A DNA stretch of 64,000 nucleotides from Corallococcus coralloides DSM 2259 (GCF_000255295.1 NC_017030.1:5974328-6038327); one strand, 5' to 3'; counted from the first letter of the stretch, positions 47,259 through 57,505 are shown. Program-made: numbers and translations. The notes: generated from the letters alone by a model not told the origin.

Positions 47259-48536
47259 ATGGGTCTGAGGAAGGCGCTGCGCTGGGGGTACTTCGGGGCC
47301 CTGGGCGTGCTGGTGGGGTGTGGAGGCATGGACGACGGCCGCGCTCCGGAGGATGTCTACGAGCCGGGCCGTACGGACGCGGAGGTCACCGCGCCCGCGG
47401 CCACGGAGTCCGTGGAGGCCGCGCCCACGCTGACGCTGCATGACGGTCACCGGGTGCAGGCCACGCCGCCCGTGGCTCCCCTGCCCGCCCGGTTCCAGCC
47501 CGCCTTCCATCAGTCGCTGCGCGAATCCGTCTCCGTGGGGAGCGTCACCACGTACCGCATCAAGGTACCCATGGGGCGTGCGGGCAGCCGCGTGCGCGTC
47601 ACCTTCCGCTCCGGCGACGGCAGCCTGACGCTACAGCGGGCCACGGTGGCGAAGGCCGGCGCCAATGGCGCGCTGGACTCCGCGCCGGTGGCGCTCACCT
47701 TCGGCGGCAACACGGGCTTCACCACGGGCACGCGCACGCTGGTGACGTCGGATCCGGTCGCGTTCCCGGTGGGCTTCCGCGACGAGGTGGCCATCTCCTT
47801 CGAGGTGAAGGGCGCGCTGGGCAAGAGCCGCATCCAGGCGTTCCCGGACAGCTGGATGAGGACCGGCGCCTACGCGACGACGCAGGGCGCGCTGGGCGGC
47901 CAGGCCTGGGAGTACGCCACGGGCGTGGCGACGGTGGACGTGGAAGGCGCGCCGGGCCGGGCCTTCGTCGCCATTGGAGACAGCATCACCGAGGGCTACA
48001 CGGGCACGTGGAACGACACGCGCAACGCGTGGCCGTCCCGGGTGGAGAAGCAGCTCGGGGTGCCGGTGGTGAACTCGGGCGCGTCCGGGCAGGGCTTCTG
48101 GGACGCGAACCTCCAGCTGCCGCAGGAGGTGCTCTCCCTGCAGGGCGTCACCGACTGCATCGTCCTCTTGGGCGTCAACGACCTGGCCGCGGAGGGCATG
48201 ACGGTGCCGAAGCTGCAGCAGCGCATGACGCAGCTGCTGGATCAGCTCCAGCCCGTGTGCAAGCTGTGGGTGAGCACGCTCCTGCCCAAGGAGAAGATGG
48301 GCGCGGACGGCGGGGACTTCGCGCTGATGAAGGCCCAGCGCCAGGAGTTCAACGCGTGGCTGCGCTCCCTGACGCGCGCGCAGATCATCGACCTGGAGGC
48401 CGTGACGCGGCAGCCGGGCAACGTGGACCTCTTCATCGACGGGCTGGAGGTGGACGGCATCCACCCGTCCGTGGAAGGCCACCGGGTCATGGCGGACGAG
48501 GTGGCGCGGACCCTCAAGGCGAAGGGCGCCCTGTAG
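47259..48536 (+). CDS. SGNH/GDSL-family hydrolase lipoprotein
   Basis: The lipobox is GALGVLVGC. The GDSITEG block contains the catalytic Ser. GVND and DGIHP blocks lie downstream. Confidence 0.75.
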   Translation: MGLRKALRWGYFGALGVLVGCGGMDDGRAPEDVYEPGRTDAEVTAPAATESVEAAPTLTLHDGHRVQATPPVAPLPARFQPAFHQSLRESVSVGSVTTYRIKVPMGRAGSRVRVTFRSGDGSLTLQRATVAKAGANGALDSAPVALTFGGNTGFTTGTRTLVTSDPVAFPVGFRDEVAISFEVKGALGKSRIQAFPDSWMRTGAYATTQGALGGQAWEYATGVATVDVEGAPGRAFVAIGDSITEGYTGTWNDTRNAWPSRVEKQLGVPVVNSGASGQGFWDANLQLPQEVLSLQGVTDCIVLLGVNDLAAEGMTVPKLQQRMTQLLDQLQPVCKLWVSTLLPKEKMGADGGDFALMKAQRQEFNAWLRSLTRAQIIDLEAVTRQPGNVDLFIDGLEVDGIHPSVEGHRVMADEVARTLKAKGAL

Positions 48537-48636
48537 CGCCTGCCCGGCTGGAAAGCGCACGGGGGGTTTGAATAGGTTCGCGGGCGTTGCGTCCAGGCGG
48601 TGTTCCCGTCTTCCCCAACTCCCGGAGCTTTCTCCC

Positions 48637-48993
48637 ATGCGCACCCTTCCCGCCGCCCTCGCCTTCGTCGCCTGCCTCGCCCTGCCCTCCCTTGCCCACG
48701 CGGCATCGCTGCGGTGTGGCAACAAGCTCGTGTCGGAAGGGGCGTCGCAGACGGATGCGGTGGCCAAGTGCGGCCAGCCCGTGTCGACCGAGACCAAGCG
48801 CGAGCGCGTGACCACCAAGTCCCGCGATGGCAGGGGGGACGGGTCGCGCCGCGAAGGGAACTCCACGGAGTACTCGGCCTCCAGCACCGTGGAGGAGTGG
48901 ACCTACAATTTCGGGCCCAACCGGCTCATGCAGATCGCCATCTTCCGAGACGGCCTGCTGGTGGACGTGCGCAGCGGTGGCTACGGCTACTGA
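48637..48993 (+). CDS. DUF2845-family small secreted protein, tandem copy 1
   Basis: It has a signal peptide (MRTLPAALAFVACLALPSLAHA). The mature protein has two conserved Cys and the motif EEWTYNFGPNRL...FRDG.LVDV. Confidence 0.7.
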   Translation: MRTLPAALAFVACLALPSLAHAASLRCGNKLVSEGASQTDAVAKCGQPVSTETKRERVTTKSRDGRGDGSRREGNSTEYSASSTVEEWTYNFGPNRLMQIAIFRDGLLVDVRSGGYGY

Positions 48994-49072
48994 TGCCGTT
49001 TCCCCGGGGCGGTTGAATAATTTCGGGGCCGCCGCGTCCAGGCCGTGTTCCCTCCTCCCCGGAGCGTCCCCT

Positions 49073-49426
49073 GTGCGCACCCTTTCCGCCGCGCTCGTCG
49101 CCACCTGCCTCGCCCTGCCCTCCCTCGTCCACGCCTCCGCGCTGCGCTGTGACAACAAGATCGTGTCGGAAGGAGCTTCGCAGGTGGACGCGCTGGCCAA
49201 GTGTGGTCAGCCCGTGACGAAGCAGAGCAGGACGGAGTACGTGACCCACAAGGTCAAGGAAGGGGCGCGGGGTGAGACGCGCTACGGGGAGGCCTCCACG
49301 GAGATCACCACCTCCACGACCGTGGAGGAGTGGACCTATAACTTCGGGCCCCACCGGCTGATTCAGGTGGCCATCTTCCGTGACGGCCGCCTGGTGGACG
49401 TGCGCAGCGGTTCCTACGGCTACTGA
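49073..49426 (+). CDS. DUF2845-family small secreted protein, tandem copy 2 (GTG start)
   Basis: It is about 70% identical to copy 1 in protein sequence. The approximately 70 bp upstream are also duplicated (ggtttgaata..gcgtccaggc.gtgttccc). Confidence 0.65.
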   Translation: MRTLSAALVATCLALPSLVHASALRCDNKIVSEGASQVDALAKCGQPVTKQSRTEYVTHKVKEGARGETRYGEASTEITTSTTVEEWTYNFGPHRLIQVAIFRDGRLVDVRSGSYGY

Positions 49427-51330
49427 GGCCCCAGGTGCTGCTCCAGCAGCTGGCGCATGAACGCCGGCCGCTGACGCAGCGTCTCCCGGAAGGACTCGAG
49501 GTTCGCGCGCCAGGCCTCCACGGAGGCCGGCTGGCTCCAGCGCGCCACCTGCTCAGGCATCTCCAGCGCGAGCGCCTCCGCCGCCGCGTCCAGGGCCGCC
49601 GTCACCCGCTCCGCGGCGAAGGTGTGCTCGGTGTGCCAGAGGAAGCGCTCGACGAAGCGGGCCTTGAACTCCGGCGACTGGAGCAGCCCCCTCAAGAGCA
49701 GCGTGGACCAGGCCCCCACCTCTGATTGGGCGTCCAGCACGCGCCCCAGGCTGTCCTGGTCCGGGCCGGAGGCCATGGCGAAGTCCAGGTCGTACACGAG
49801 CCAGCGCCAACGGCCGTCGTGTCCCAGGGGCGCGTCCGGCTCGAGCTTCTTCGTGCGCAGCCGCCAGAACTTCACGTTGTTCTCCGGCCAGTCCGTGTTG
49901 CCCAGGTAGAGCTGCGCGACCTGGTATTCGATGAAGTCCTCCACGTCCATCCGCGCGCGCACCCAGGAGTAATGCTCCGGCACCGACAGGTCGTGCGTCG
50001 CCACGTAGTCGACGAGCTCCTGGTAGGGCTGCTCGTCCCCGTCCTCTCCCACGTCCAGGATCCCGGAGCCCTCCAGGATGACGGCCTTCTTGCGGTCCAC
50101 GCCGTAGTGCGACGCCAGGTAGTACTCGTCCAGGCGCTCGCGCAGCTCGTGCAGGCCCCAGTACTCGCCGTTGAGGAACACGAGCGTGGGGCGGCAGGCC
50201 TGGAGCGCGAGCCGCGTCTCGGCCAGCAGTCCCTGCAGCACGCAGTCGCGCAGCTTGGTGACGCCCTGGTCCTGTCCGGACGTGCGCACGATCATCCGGG
50301 TGAACTCCGTCACCGGGGAGCCGGGGAACACCGGCCCCGCGAACGTCTTCGGGCCGTAGTCCTCCTTCGCGTACAGCCGCAGGCTCTTCTGCGGCATCAC
50401 CGCGCTGCCCGTGCCGTGGATGCGCACGCCCGCGTCCTGGTCGAACACGCGCTGGCCGGAGGTTTCGAACCACTCCACGTGGACGGGGCGCTCCCACTCC
50501 TTGCCGTTCTGCAGGTAGTTGGCCGCGAACGGATCATCGGGCCGGGCCTCGGCGGCGAGGCCCGGGACGTAGATGCCCGTCACCGGGTCGAAGAAGTTTG
50601 CCGCGTCGGTGACCAGCGACAGCACCGGCAGTGAGTACGGCTCCCGGCCAATGACGAACGTGCGCGTGCGGACCGGACCCACCGGCTCAGCGCCCGCGAA
50701 CTGCCGGTAGCGCACCACCACGACCTGCGGCGGCGCCTCCAGCGGCGCGACCCACCGCAAGACCTCCTCGGCATCGGGCTTCGTCGTGGGGATGAAGGAC
50801 CACCGCACCGGAGGCGTGGAGCGCGCCAGCAGCGCGATGGGAGCGGTGTAGCGCGACGACTCGGGCGTGGGCGTGGAGCCGTCCCGCGTGAAGTACGTCC
50901 GCAACCCCTGGGCCGTGGGCAACGCCAGCAGCGTCTCCGGCTGATAGAGCCCGGGCCGCGCGTCGAACGTCAGGTGCTGGAAGTCGACGCGGGCCCTCGC
51001 CTCGGCGCCCTGCCTGTCGCGCGCCACCACCTCCAGCCCCAGCGCGCGCCGGCCCGGCCACCAGGGCAGGCTCCAGCGGCCACTGTCGATGTCGGCATGG
51101 CCCAGGAAGCGCCCGTCCTCGTACACCTCCACCCGTGACGTGCCGGCGTCGCTCGCCACCGTGCCGAACAGCCGGTTCGTGTCCGGTTCGTGCCCGTCGA
51201 TGGTGACGCGAAGCCCGGAGGGCGGTGGAAGCTCGGCCTCGTTCAGCCGCCGCTCGGGGGCGGGCTCACAGCCGGACCCGGCGAGGACGACGAGACCCAG
51301 GAAGAAGGACGCAAGAAGACGGAGACGCAT
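49420..51330 (-). CDS. CotH-like kinase-family lipoprotein (putative)
   Basis: The lipobox is LAGSGC. The size and the conserved central region (FLNGEYWGLHELRERLDEYY...DW.ENN.KFWR) resemble CotH-domain proteins. The assignment rests on memory, not a search. Confidence 0.5.
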   Translation of the reverse strand: MRLRLLASFFLGLVVLAGSGCEPAPERRLNEAELPPPSGLRVTIDGHEPDTNRLFGTVASDAGTSRVEVYEDGRFLGHADIDSGRWSLPWWPGRRALGLEVVARDRQGAEARARVDFQHLTFDARPGLYQPETLLALPTAQGLRTYFTRDGSTPTPESSRYTAPIALLARSTPPVRWSFIPTTKPDAEEVLRWVAPLEAPPQVVVVRYRQFAGAEPVGPVRTRTFVIGREPYSLPVLSLVTDAANFFDPVTGIYVPGLAAEARPDDPFAANYLQNGKEWERPVHVEWFETSGQRVFDQDAGVRIHGTGSAVMPQKSLRLYAKEDYGPKTFAGPVFPGSPVTEFTRMIVRTSGQDQGVTKLRDCVLQGLLAETRLALQACRPTLVFLNGEYWGLHELRERLDEYYLASHYGVDRKKAVILEGSGILDVGEDGDEQPYQELVDYVATHDLSVPEHYSWVRARMDVEDFIEYQVAQLYLGNTDWPENNVKFWRLRTKKLEPDAPLGHDGRWRWLVYDLDFAMASGPDQDSLGRVLDAQSEVGAWSTLLLRGLLQSPEFKARFVERFLWHTEHTFAAERVTAALDAAAEALALEMPEQVARWSQPASVEAWRANLESFRETLRQRPAFMRQLLEQHLGPQ

Positions 51331-51408
51331 GAGGGTCTCCGTCCTGTACCAGACAATGCTTTGACCTCACACCGCCTTGTGACACAGCGCGGCGGGAGGC
51401 CCCTGCCC

Positions 51409-52131
51409 TCAGGTGGGGGGCGCGGTGGCTTCGAGCAGGCCGTGCTTCTGGAGGAGCGCGGCCAGCGCGGGCGGCGCGAGCATCCAGTCCTCGCGCGTGG
51501 GCACCCAGCGCACGGGGGCACCGGCGGCGGCGAGCCTCGCGTTCACCTCCGCGATCATCGGGGCGAAGGTGGGCTGGGGCACGTCCCAGCTGCCCACTCC
51601 CGCCTGGACCTCCACGGCCCCGGGCTCCACGCGCACCGCGGGCTGGCCCTGCACCGGCTGGATGGCGAACCCCGGCAGGTACGGCTGCATGGCGGCGGAC
51701 AGGCGCTCCAGCAGCGTCGGGTCCTCAAAGGGGTGGGCGCCCTCCAGGTCGAAGAAGGTGGGCAGCTGCGCCTGGAGCTCGTCGCGCAGCGGGTCGTCCT
51801 TGCTGTCGCGCCAGGCATGCTCGGCCAGGACGCGGGCCTCGTGGGGGATGCGGATCTCCCAGCGCTCCAGGAGCGCGAGCAGCTCCGCCACGCGCTCCAC
51901 CTCCTCCCACGGAGGCTCCACGCGCGTGAGCCAGGCCACCTCCGACACCGTCTGTCCCCGGCGAAGGCCCGTCACCCGGTCCCCCTTGCGCAGCTGGAAG
52001 GGCGGCGCATCGGTGAACTCCGGATCCGGATAGAGGGCGGTGTGCAGCAACCCCGTGCCCTCTTCCGGGCGCACGCGCGCGAAGCCGTGCTTGGGGTTGA
52101 TCTCCTCCACGACGAACGTCTCCTGGGCCAT
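51409..52131 (-). CDS. Hypothetical protein (240 aa)
   Basis: It is an intact ORF, 10 nt downstream of ppc on the same strand. Confidence 0.5.
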   Translation of the reverse strand: MAQETFVVEEINPKHGFARVRPEEGTGLLHTALYPDPEFTDAPPFQLRKGDRVTGLRRGQTVSEVAWLTRVEPPWEEVERVAELLALLERWEIRIPHEARVLAEHAWRDSKDDPLRDELQAQLPTFFDLEGAHPFEDPTLLERLSAAMQPYLPGFAIQPVQGQPAVRVEPGAVEVQAGVGSWDVPQPTFAPMIAEVNARLAAAGAPVRWVPTREDWMLAPPALAALLQKHGLLEATAPPT

Positions 52132-52141
52132 GATCTCTTCT

Positions 52142-54811
52142 CTAACCGGTGTTCCGCATGCCCGCAGCGATGCCGTTGAGCGCCAGGAGGAGCGGCCGGT
52201 CGCACTCCGCGTCCCCGTCCCGCTTGCGCTTGAGCAGCTCCACCTGGAGGAAGGACATGGGGTCCACGTAGGGGTTGCGCAGCGCGATGCTCCGCTGCAG
52301 CTGCGGGTTGTTGTCCAACAGCTTCGCCTCCCCCGTGATCGTCTTCACCGCGCGGCGCGTGCGGGAGTGCTCCTGCTGGATGCGCAGCCACAGGGGCCGC
52401 GTGGACGCGGGGGCCAGCTTCGCGTACCGCGCCGCGATGGCCATGTCCGTCTTGGCCAGCACCATGGTCACGTTGTCGATGACCGCGCGGAAGAAGGGCC
52501 ATTCCTTGTACATGCGCTGCAGGAGCGCCGCGCCCTCCGGCGTGGCCGCGGACTCCTCCAGCGCGCTGCCCACGCCGTACCAGGCCGGGAGGATGGCGCG
52601 CGTCTGCGTCCACGCGAAGCTCCACGGGATGGCGCGCAGCGTGTCCAGCCCGCCCGCCTTGCGCTTGCTGGGGCGCGAGCCGATGGGCAGCGCGGAGATC
52701 TCCTCCACGGGCGTGCCCTTCATGAAGAACTCCACGAAGCCCGGGTCCTCCCAGACGAGCGCGCGGTACGCCTTGCGGCCGGACTCCGCCAGCGCGTCGA
52801 AGGCGGCGCGGAAGGCGGACTCGTCCTCCGGGGACGGGCGCGGCTGCGCGTCCAGCGTGTGCAGCAGCACGCCGCCCACCACCAGCTCCAGCGTGCGCTG
52901 GGTGAGCTCCGGGCGCGCGTACTTGTGGTCCATCGCCTCGCCCTGTTCGGTGGCCTTGTAGGCGCCGGCCACCGTGCCCGGCGGCAGCGCGAGGATGGCC
53001 GTCTGGGCGGGGCCGCCGCCGCGCGCCACCGTCTCCCCGCGGCCGTGGAACAGGCGCAGGGGCACGTCGTTCTCGTCCGCCACCTGCGTGAGCGCCACCT
53101 GGGCGCGGTACAGCGCGGCGCTCGCGGCGAGCAGGCCCACCTCCTTGCCGGAGTCGCTGTAGCCCACCATCACCTCCTGCACCCCACGGCCCTTCAGGTG
53201 CTGGCGGTACTCCGGGTGCGCGAAGAGCTGGCGCAGCACGTCCGGCCCGCCGTCCAGCGCGCCCAGCTGCTCGAAGAGCGGCGCCACGTCCACGGTGGCG
53301 CACTGCCGCTCCTTGTCCCAGAGCCCCGCGTGCTTCAGGCACTGGAACGCCGCCAGCACGTCATCCGCGGTGGAGGCCATGGAGAGGATGAGCGTGCGGC
53401 ACACGGACTCGCCGCCCTCGTCCTGGCCCTCGCGCAGCTTCGCCAGCACCTCCAGCAGCCGCTGGCCGCCCTCGGTGGGGGCCGGTCCGCCGCTGAAGGA
53501 CGCCGCCGCGCTCACCGCGTCCTCCGCGGGAGCCCGCACCTCCAGCTCGCCCAGGCCCAGGCCCAGCGCGCGCACGCGCTCGGACATGCGGCGCACCTCG
53601 CGCAGGCCCGCGTGCTCCGCTCTCGCCGCGAAGAGCGACCGCTCCAGCACCGCCAGGTCATCCCCCAGCGCCTCCGGTGACCGGTAGGCCCCTGCCGGCA
53701 GCGTGGACTCCCTTCCCTGCCGCCGCGCGAGCACGTGCTCCAGCGCCAGCGTCAGCCGCTCCTCCATGAAGCGCAGCTTGCGGCGCCACGGCTCGCCCAG
53801 CGTGCGCGGGCCCTGCTGCTTCGCCACGTCCGGCAGCGCCTTCGCGTCCTCCTCCAGCGAGCGCTCCAATTCCTGCGTGGGGCGCGCGTGCCGCTCCGAC
53901 TGGGACAGCATCCCGCCCAGCCGCTCCACGTCGCGCAGGAGCAGCCGCAGGCCCCGGGCGCGGTGCGCGCGCAGCGTGTCCGCGAACACCTCTGGCGTCA
54001 CCAGCGGGTTGCCGTCCATGTCGCCGCCCACCCACGAGTGCACGCGCACGGGCGTGTCCAGCGCGCCCAGGGGCTCGCCGTAGGCGCGCTCGAAGGCCCA
54101 GTCCAGCGCCTCCGGCAGCCGGGCCACCGGCTCCGCCAGCATCTCCTCCACGTACCAGTGGACGTTCTTCACCTCGTCGCCCACGGTGGGGCGCTCGCGG
54201 CGCAATTCGTCCGTCTGCCACAGCGCGGTGATCTCCTCGCGCATGGCGGTGAGGTTCGCGGCGGACTCGCGCGGGGTGAGCGTGCACCGGTCGCGCTCTT
54301 CCAGCAGCATGGCCAGCCGGTAGAGCTTCTCCAGCAGCGTGCGGCGCACCGCCTGGGTCGGGTGCGCGGTGAACGTCAGCGTCACCTTCAGCGTCCCCAG
54401 CGTTTCACGCACCTTGTCGGCGCTGACGCCCGCGGCCTTCAGCGCCAGCAGCGTGGACTCCAGCGACCCCTTCTGGGGCCGGGTGGCGGTGGGGCTCGCG
54501 TGGGCCCGCGCGCGGCGGATGCGGTGGTGCTGCTCCGCAAGGTTGACCAACTGGAAGTAGACGGAGAAGGCGCGCAGCACCGGCTCCACCTGTTCCGACG
54601 GCAGCCGCCGCAACACCGCCGCCAGCTCCGCTGCCGCGGCGCGTCGTCCGGCCACCGGGCCCCGCCGGCGCTGGATGGCCAGGTGGCGGACCTCCTCCTC
54701 CTTGTCGAACAGGGCCTGCCCCTCCTGTTCCACCAACACCTCACCCAACAGCCGGCCCAAGAGCCGGACATCCCGCCGCAGCGGGGGATCCACGGGACGT
54801 GTACGCGCCAT
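52142..54811 (-). CDS. ppc: Phosphoenolpyruvate carboxylase
   Basis: The PEPC signatures VGYSDSGKEVG and FHGRGETVARGGGP are present. The 889-aa length fits the family. Confidence 0.95.
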   Translation of the reverse strand: MARTRPVDPPLRRDVRLLGRLLGEVLVEQEGQALFDKEEEVRHLAIQRRRGPVAGRRAAAAELAAVLRRLPSEQVEPVLRAFSVYFQLVNLAEQHHRIRRARAHASPTATRPQKGSLESTLLALKAAGVSADKVRETLGTLKVTLTFTAHPTQAVRRTLLEKLYRLAMLLEERDRCTLTPRESAANLTAMREEITALWQTDELRRERPTVGDEVKNVHWYVEEMLAEPVARLPEALDWAFERAYGEPLGALDTPVRVHSWVGGDMDGNPLVTPEVFADTLRAHRARGLRLLLRDVERLGGMLSQSERHARPTQELERSLEEDAKALPDVAKQQGPRTLGEPWRRKLRFMEERLTLALEHVLARRQGRESTLPAGAYRSPEALGDDLAVLERSLFAARAEHAGLREVRRMSERVRALGLGLGELEVRAPAEDAVSAAASFSGGPAPTEGGQRLLEVLAKLREGQDEGGESVCRTLILSMASTADDVLAAFQCLKHAGLWDKERQCATVDVAPLFEQLGALDGGPDVLRQLFAHPEYRQHLKGRGVQEVMVGYSDSGKEVGLLAASAALYRAQVALTQVADENDVPLRLFHGRGETVARGGGPAQTAILALPPGTVAGAYKATEQGEAMDHKYARPELTQRTLELVVGGVLLHTLDAQPRPSPEDESAFRAAFDALAESGRKAYRALVWEDPGFVEFFMKGTPVEEISALPIGSRPSKRKAGGLDTLRAIPWSFAWTQTRAILPAWYGVGSALEESAATPEGAALLQRMYKEWPFFRAVIDNVTMVLAKTDMAIAARYAKLAPASTRPLWLRIQQEHSRTRRAVKTITGEAKLLDNNPQLQRSIALRNPYVDPMSFLQVELLKRKRDGDAECDRPLLLALNGIAAGMRNTG

Positions 54812-55006
54812 AACGGACCGGAACCGTAGTCCTTTGGCCCCCCACCGCCCCTACCCATTCTTGAATCTTCGACCGCCAGCCGACGGATGACCCACTCCGT
54901 CCTTGCAGGAAAAATTCAACCACCCGGTCTTCCCAAAAGGTCGAGCCTTCCACTAGAAAGTGGGCACTCCCGGACCCCGCCGGGATGTCTGACCTGACCC
55001 TAAGGA

Positions 55007-57364
55007 GTGGCAATGCGGAAAAACCCATCTTGGCTGGCCCTGGGCCTGCTGACGCTCGCGGCGCCGTCGGCGTACGCGGAGCGCGCGTGGTACGAGAAGC
55101 CGCAACCTGACGTCGCCGCGCCGTCCACCAAGCTGCGCAAGGCAGTTGTGCAGGACATCACGGACGACCTGCCCCACCGTCTGGGTGAGCAGCAGAAGGA
55201 GCTGAAGGCGCAGGCGCTGCAGATGCGCCTGGAGGGTCGCGGTCAGCCGGGCCGGGTGCAGAAGCTGGCCAACGGCAAGTTCGTGGAGCTGGAGCTGCAG
55301 CGCACGGACCGCATCTTCGTCATCCTGGTGGAGTACGGCACGCAGATCCACCCGGTGTTCGGCAACCCCGCCACCAACCCGGGCGGCAACATCCCCGGCC
55401 CGCTGCACAACGAGATTCCGGCCCCTGACCGCTCGGTGGACAACACCACCATCTGGCAGCCGAACTACGACCGGGCGCACTTCGAGAAGCTCTACTTCGA
55501 CACCACTCCGGGCGCGGACTCGGTGGCGAACTTCTACAAGGCCGCGTCGTCCGGCCGCTACACCGTGTCCGGCACGGTGTCCGAGTGGGTGAAGGTGCCG
55601 TACAACGCCGCCCGCTACGGCAACAACCTGTGCGGCAGCTCCAGCTGCTCCAACTCCGTGTGGCCGCTCATCAGCGACGCCATCAAGGCGTGGACGAACG
55701 CCCAGCTGGCCGCCGGCAAGACGCCCGCGGAGATCAAGGCGTACCTGGACACGTTCGACACGTGGGACCGGTACGACCACGACGGCGACGGCAACTTCGA
55801 CGAGCCGGACGGCTACATCGACCACTTCCAGATCGTCCACGCCGGCATGGGTGAGGAAGTCGGCGGCGGCGCGCAGGGCCCCAACGCCGTGTGGAGCCAC
55901 CGCTGGTTCGCGTACAGCAACGGCACGGGCCCGGATGGCATCGGCCCCGCGTACAACCAGAACGGCGGCACGCGCTTCGGCACGGGCATCGACAAGTGGG
56001 TGGGCGACTACACCATCCAGCCGGAGAACGGCGGACTGGGCGTGTTCGCGCACGAGTACGGCCACGACCTGGGCCTGCCGGACCACTACGACACGACGAA
56101 CGCGGCGGACAACGGGACGGGCTTCTGGACCATCATGTCGTCCGGCTCGTACCTGAACGACGGCACCACGGACATCGGCAGCCGTCCGGGTGACTTCTTC
56201 GCCTGGGACAAGCTGCAGCTGGGCTGGCTGGACTACGCCACCACGGACGCGGGCCTGTACTCGTACCACAACCTGGGTCCCGCGGAGTTCACGTCCGCGA
56301 ACGCGAAGCAGGCGCTCGTGGTGAAGCTGCCCGGCAAGCCCGTGCTTCAGCCCACCACCCCCCCCTACGAGGGCCAGGGCATGTGGCAGGGCGGCCAGGG
56401 CAACAACCTGGACCGCGTGCTCGAGAAGACGGTGAAGCTGCCGAACAAGAAGCCCATCACCTTCTCCTTCCAGACCTGGTTCGACATCGAGGAGGACTGG
56501 GACTACGCCTACGTCGCCCTCTCCGTGGACGGTGGCCCGTTCGTGAACCTGCCCAGCCCCGTGAGCCGCACCACGAACCCGTGGGGCAACAACCTGGGCA
56601 ACGGCATCACCGGCACGTCCGGCGGTTGGATTCCCCTGGAGTTCGACCTGTCCGCCCACGCGGGCAAGACCGTCACGCTGAAGATCCGCTACAAGACGGA
56701 CGCGGCGGAGTTCAACAAGGGCTTCCTGGTGGACTTCGTGCAGCTGTGGGCGAAGAACACCTACGTCTTTGGTGACGACGGCGAGTGGGGCCACAAGTGG
56801 TGGGACAAGTCGACGTTCTTCGTGACGGACGGCACCAACACCCTCTACGACAACTACTACCTGGCCGAGTGGCGCCAGTTCCGCGGCTACGACGAGGGTC
56901 TGGCCACGGGTCCCTACAACTACGGCTTCAGCGCGGATGGCCTGGTGGACTGGGCGGAGCGCTACTCGTACAACCCCGGCCTGCTGATCACCTACTGGGA
57001 CACGTCGCAGTCGAACAACAACGTGTCGCAGCACCCGGGCTCGGGCCGCATCCTGCCCGTCGACTCGCGCCCGCAGCCCCTGCAGCGCAGCGACGGCCGC
57101 TACTGGTCCGGCCGCGTGCAGACGCACGACGCGACGTTCGGTCTGGAGCCCAGCTTCCCGCTGTCGCTCAAGCCCAACGGCTTCCCGCGCAACGAGTACC
57201 CCTCGCAGCCCGCGGTGCCGGTGTTCAACGACACGAACGAGTTCTGGTCCGCCACGCAGCCGTACGCCGGCGTGAAGGTCCCGAAGACGGGCACCATCAT
57301 CGAGGTGCTGTCGACGAACGCCGACCAGACCGTGATGGAAGTCCAGGTGCGTCCGGTCGATTGA
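55007..57364 (+). CDS. M6-family (immune inhibitor A-like) secreted metalloprotease
   Basis: It has a signal peptide. The zinc-binding motif is HEYGHDLGLPDHYD. The 785-aa length matches InhA-like peptidases. Confidence 0.9.
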   Translation: MAMRKNPSWLALGLLTLAAPSAYAERAWYEKPQPDVAAPSTKLRKAVVQDITDDLPHRLGEQQKELKAQALQMRLEGRGQPGRVQKLANGKFVELELQRTDRIFVILVEYGTQIHPVFGNPATNPGGNIPGPLHNEIPAPDRSVDNTTIWQPNYDRAHFEKLYFDTTPGADSVANFYKAASSGRYTVSGTVSEWVKVPYNAARYGNNLCGSSSCSNSVWPLISDAIKAWTNAQLAAGKTPAEIKAYLDTFDTWDRYDHDGDGNFDEPDGYIDHFQIVHAGMGEEVGGGAQGPNAVWSHRWFAYSNGTGPDGIGPAYNQNGGTRFGTGIDKWVGDYTIQPENGGLGVFAHEYGHDLGLPDHYDTTNAADNGTGFWTIMSSGSYLNDGTTDIGSRPGDFFAWDKLQLGWLDYATTDAGLYSYHNLGPAEFTSANAKQALVVKLPGKPVLQPTTPPYEGQGMWQGGQGNNLDRVLEKTVKLPNKKPITFSFQTWFDIEEDWDYAYVALSVDGGPFVNLPSPVSRTTNPWGNNLGNGITGTSGGWIPLEFDLSAHAGKTVTLKIRYKTDAAEFNKGFLVDFVQLWAKNTYVFGDDGEWGHKWWDKSTFFVTDGTNTLYDNYYLAEWRQFRGYDEGLATGPYNYGFSADGLVDWAERYSYNPGLLITYWDTSQSNNNVSQHPGSGRILPVDSRPQPLQRSDGRYWSGRVQTHDATFGLEPSFPLSLKPNGFPRNEYPSQPAVPVFNDTNEFWSATQPYAGVKVPKTGTIIEVLSTNADQTVMEVQVRPVD

Positions 57365-57400
57365 TTGTCTGACCGTCGTCACCGCTGAGCAGTGAAGGAA

Positions 57401-57440
57401 GGCCGGTCCCGCTTCGATGCGGGGCCGGCCTTTTGCTTTT
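57401..57440 (+). terminator. Rho-independent terminator downstream of the M6 protease gene
   Basis: The stem ggccggtcccgc / gcggggccggcc has one G-U wobble. The loop is ttcgat, followed by a ttttgctttt tract. Confidence 0.7.
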
Positions 57441-57505
57441 CGGGTTGAAGGAATCCGGACACCCGGAGCGCGACCCGGGATGACGGACGCGCGCGGGGCG
57501 CTACG

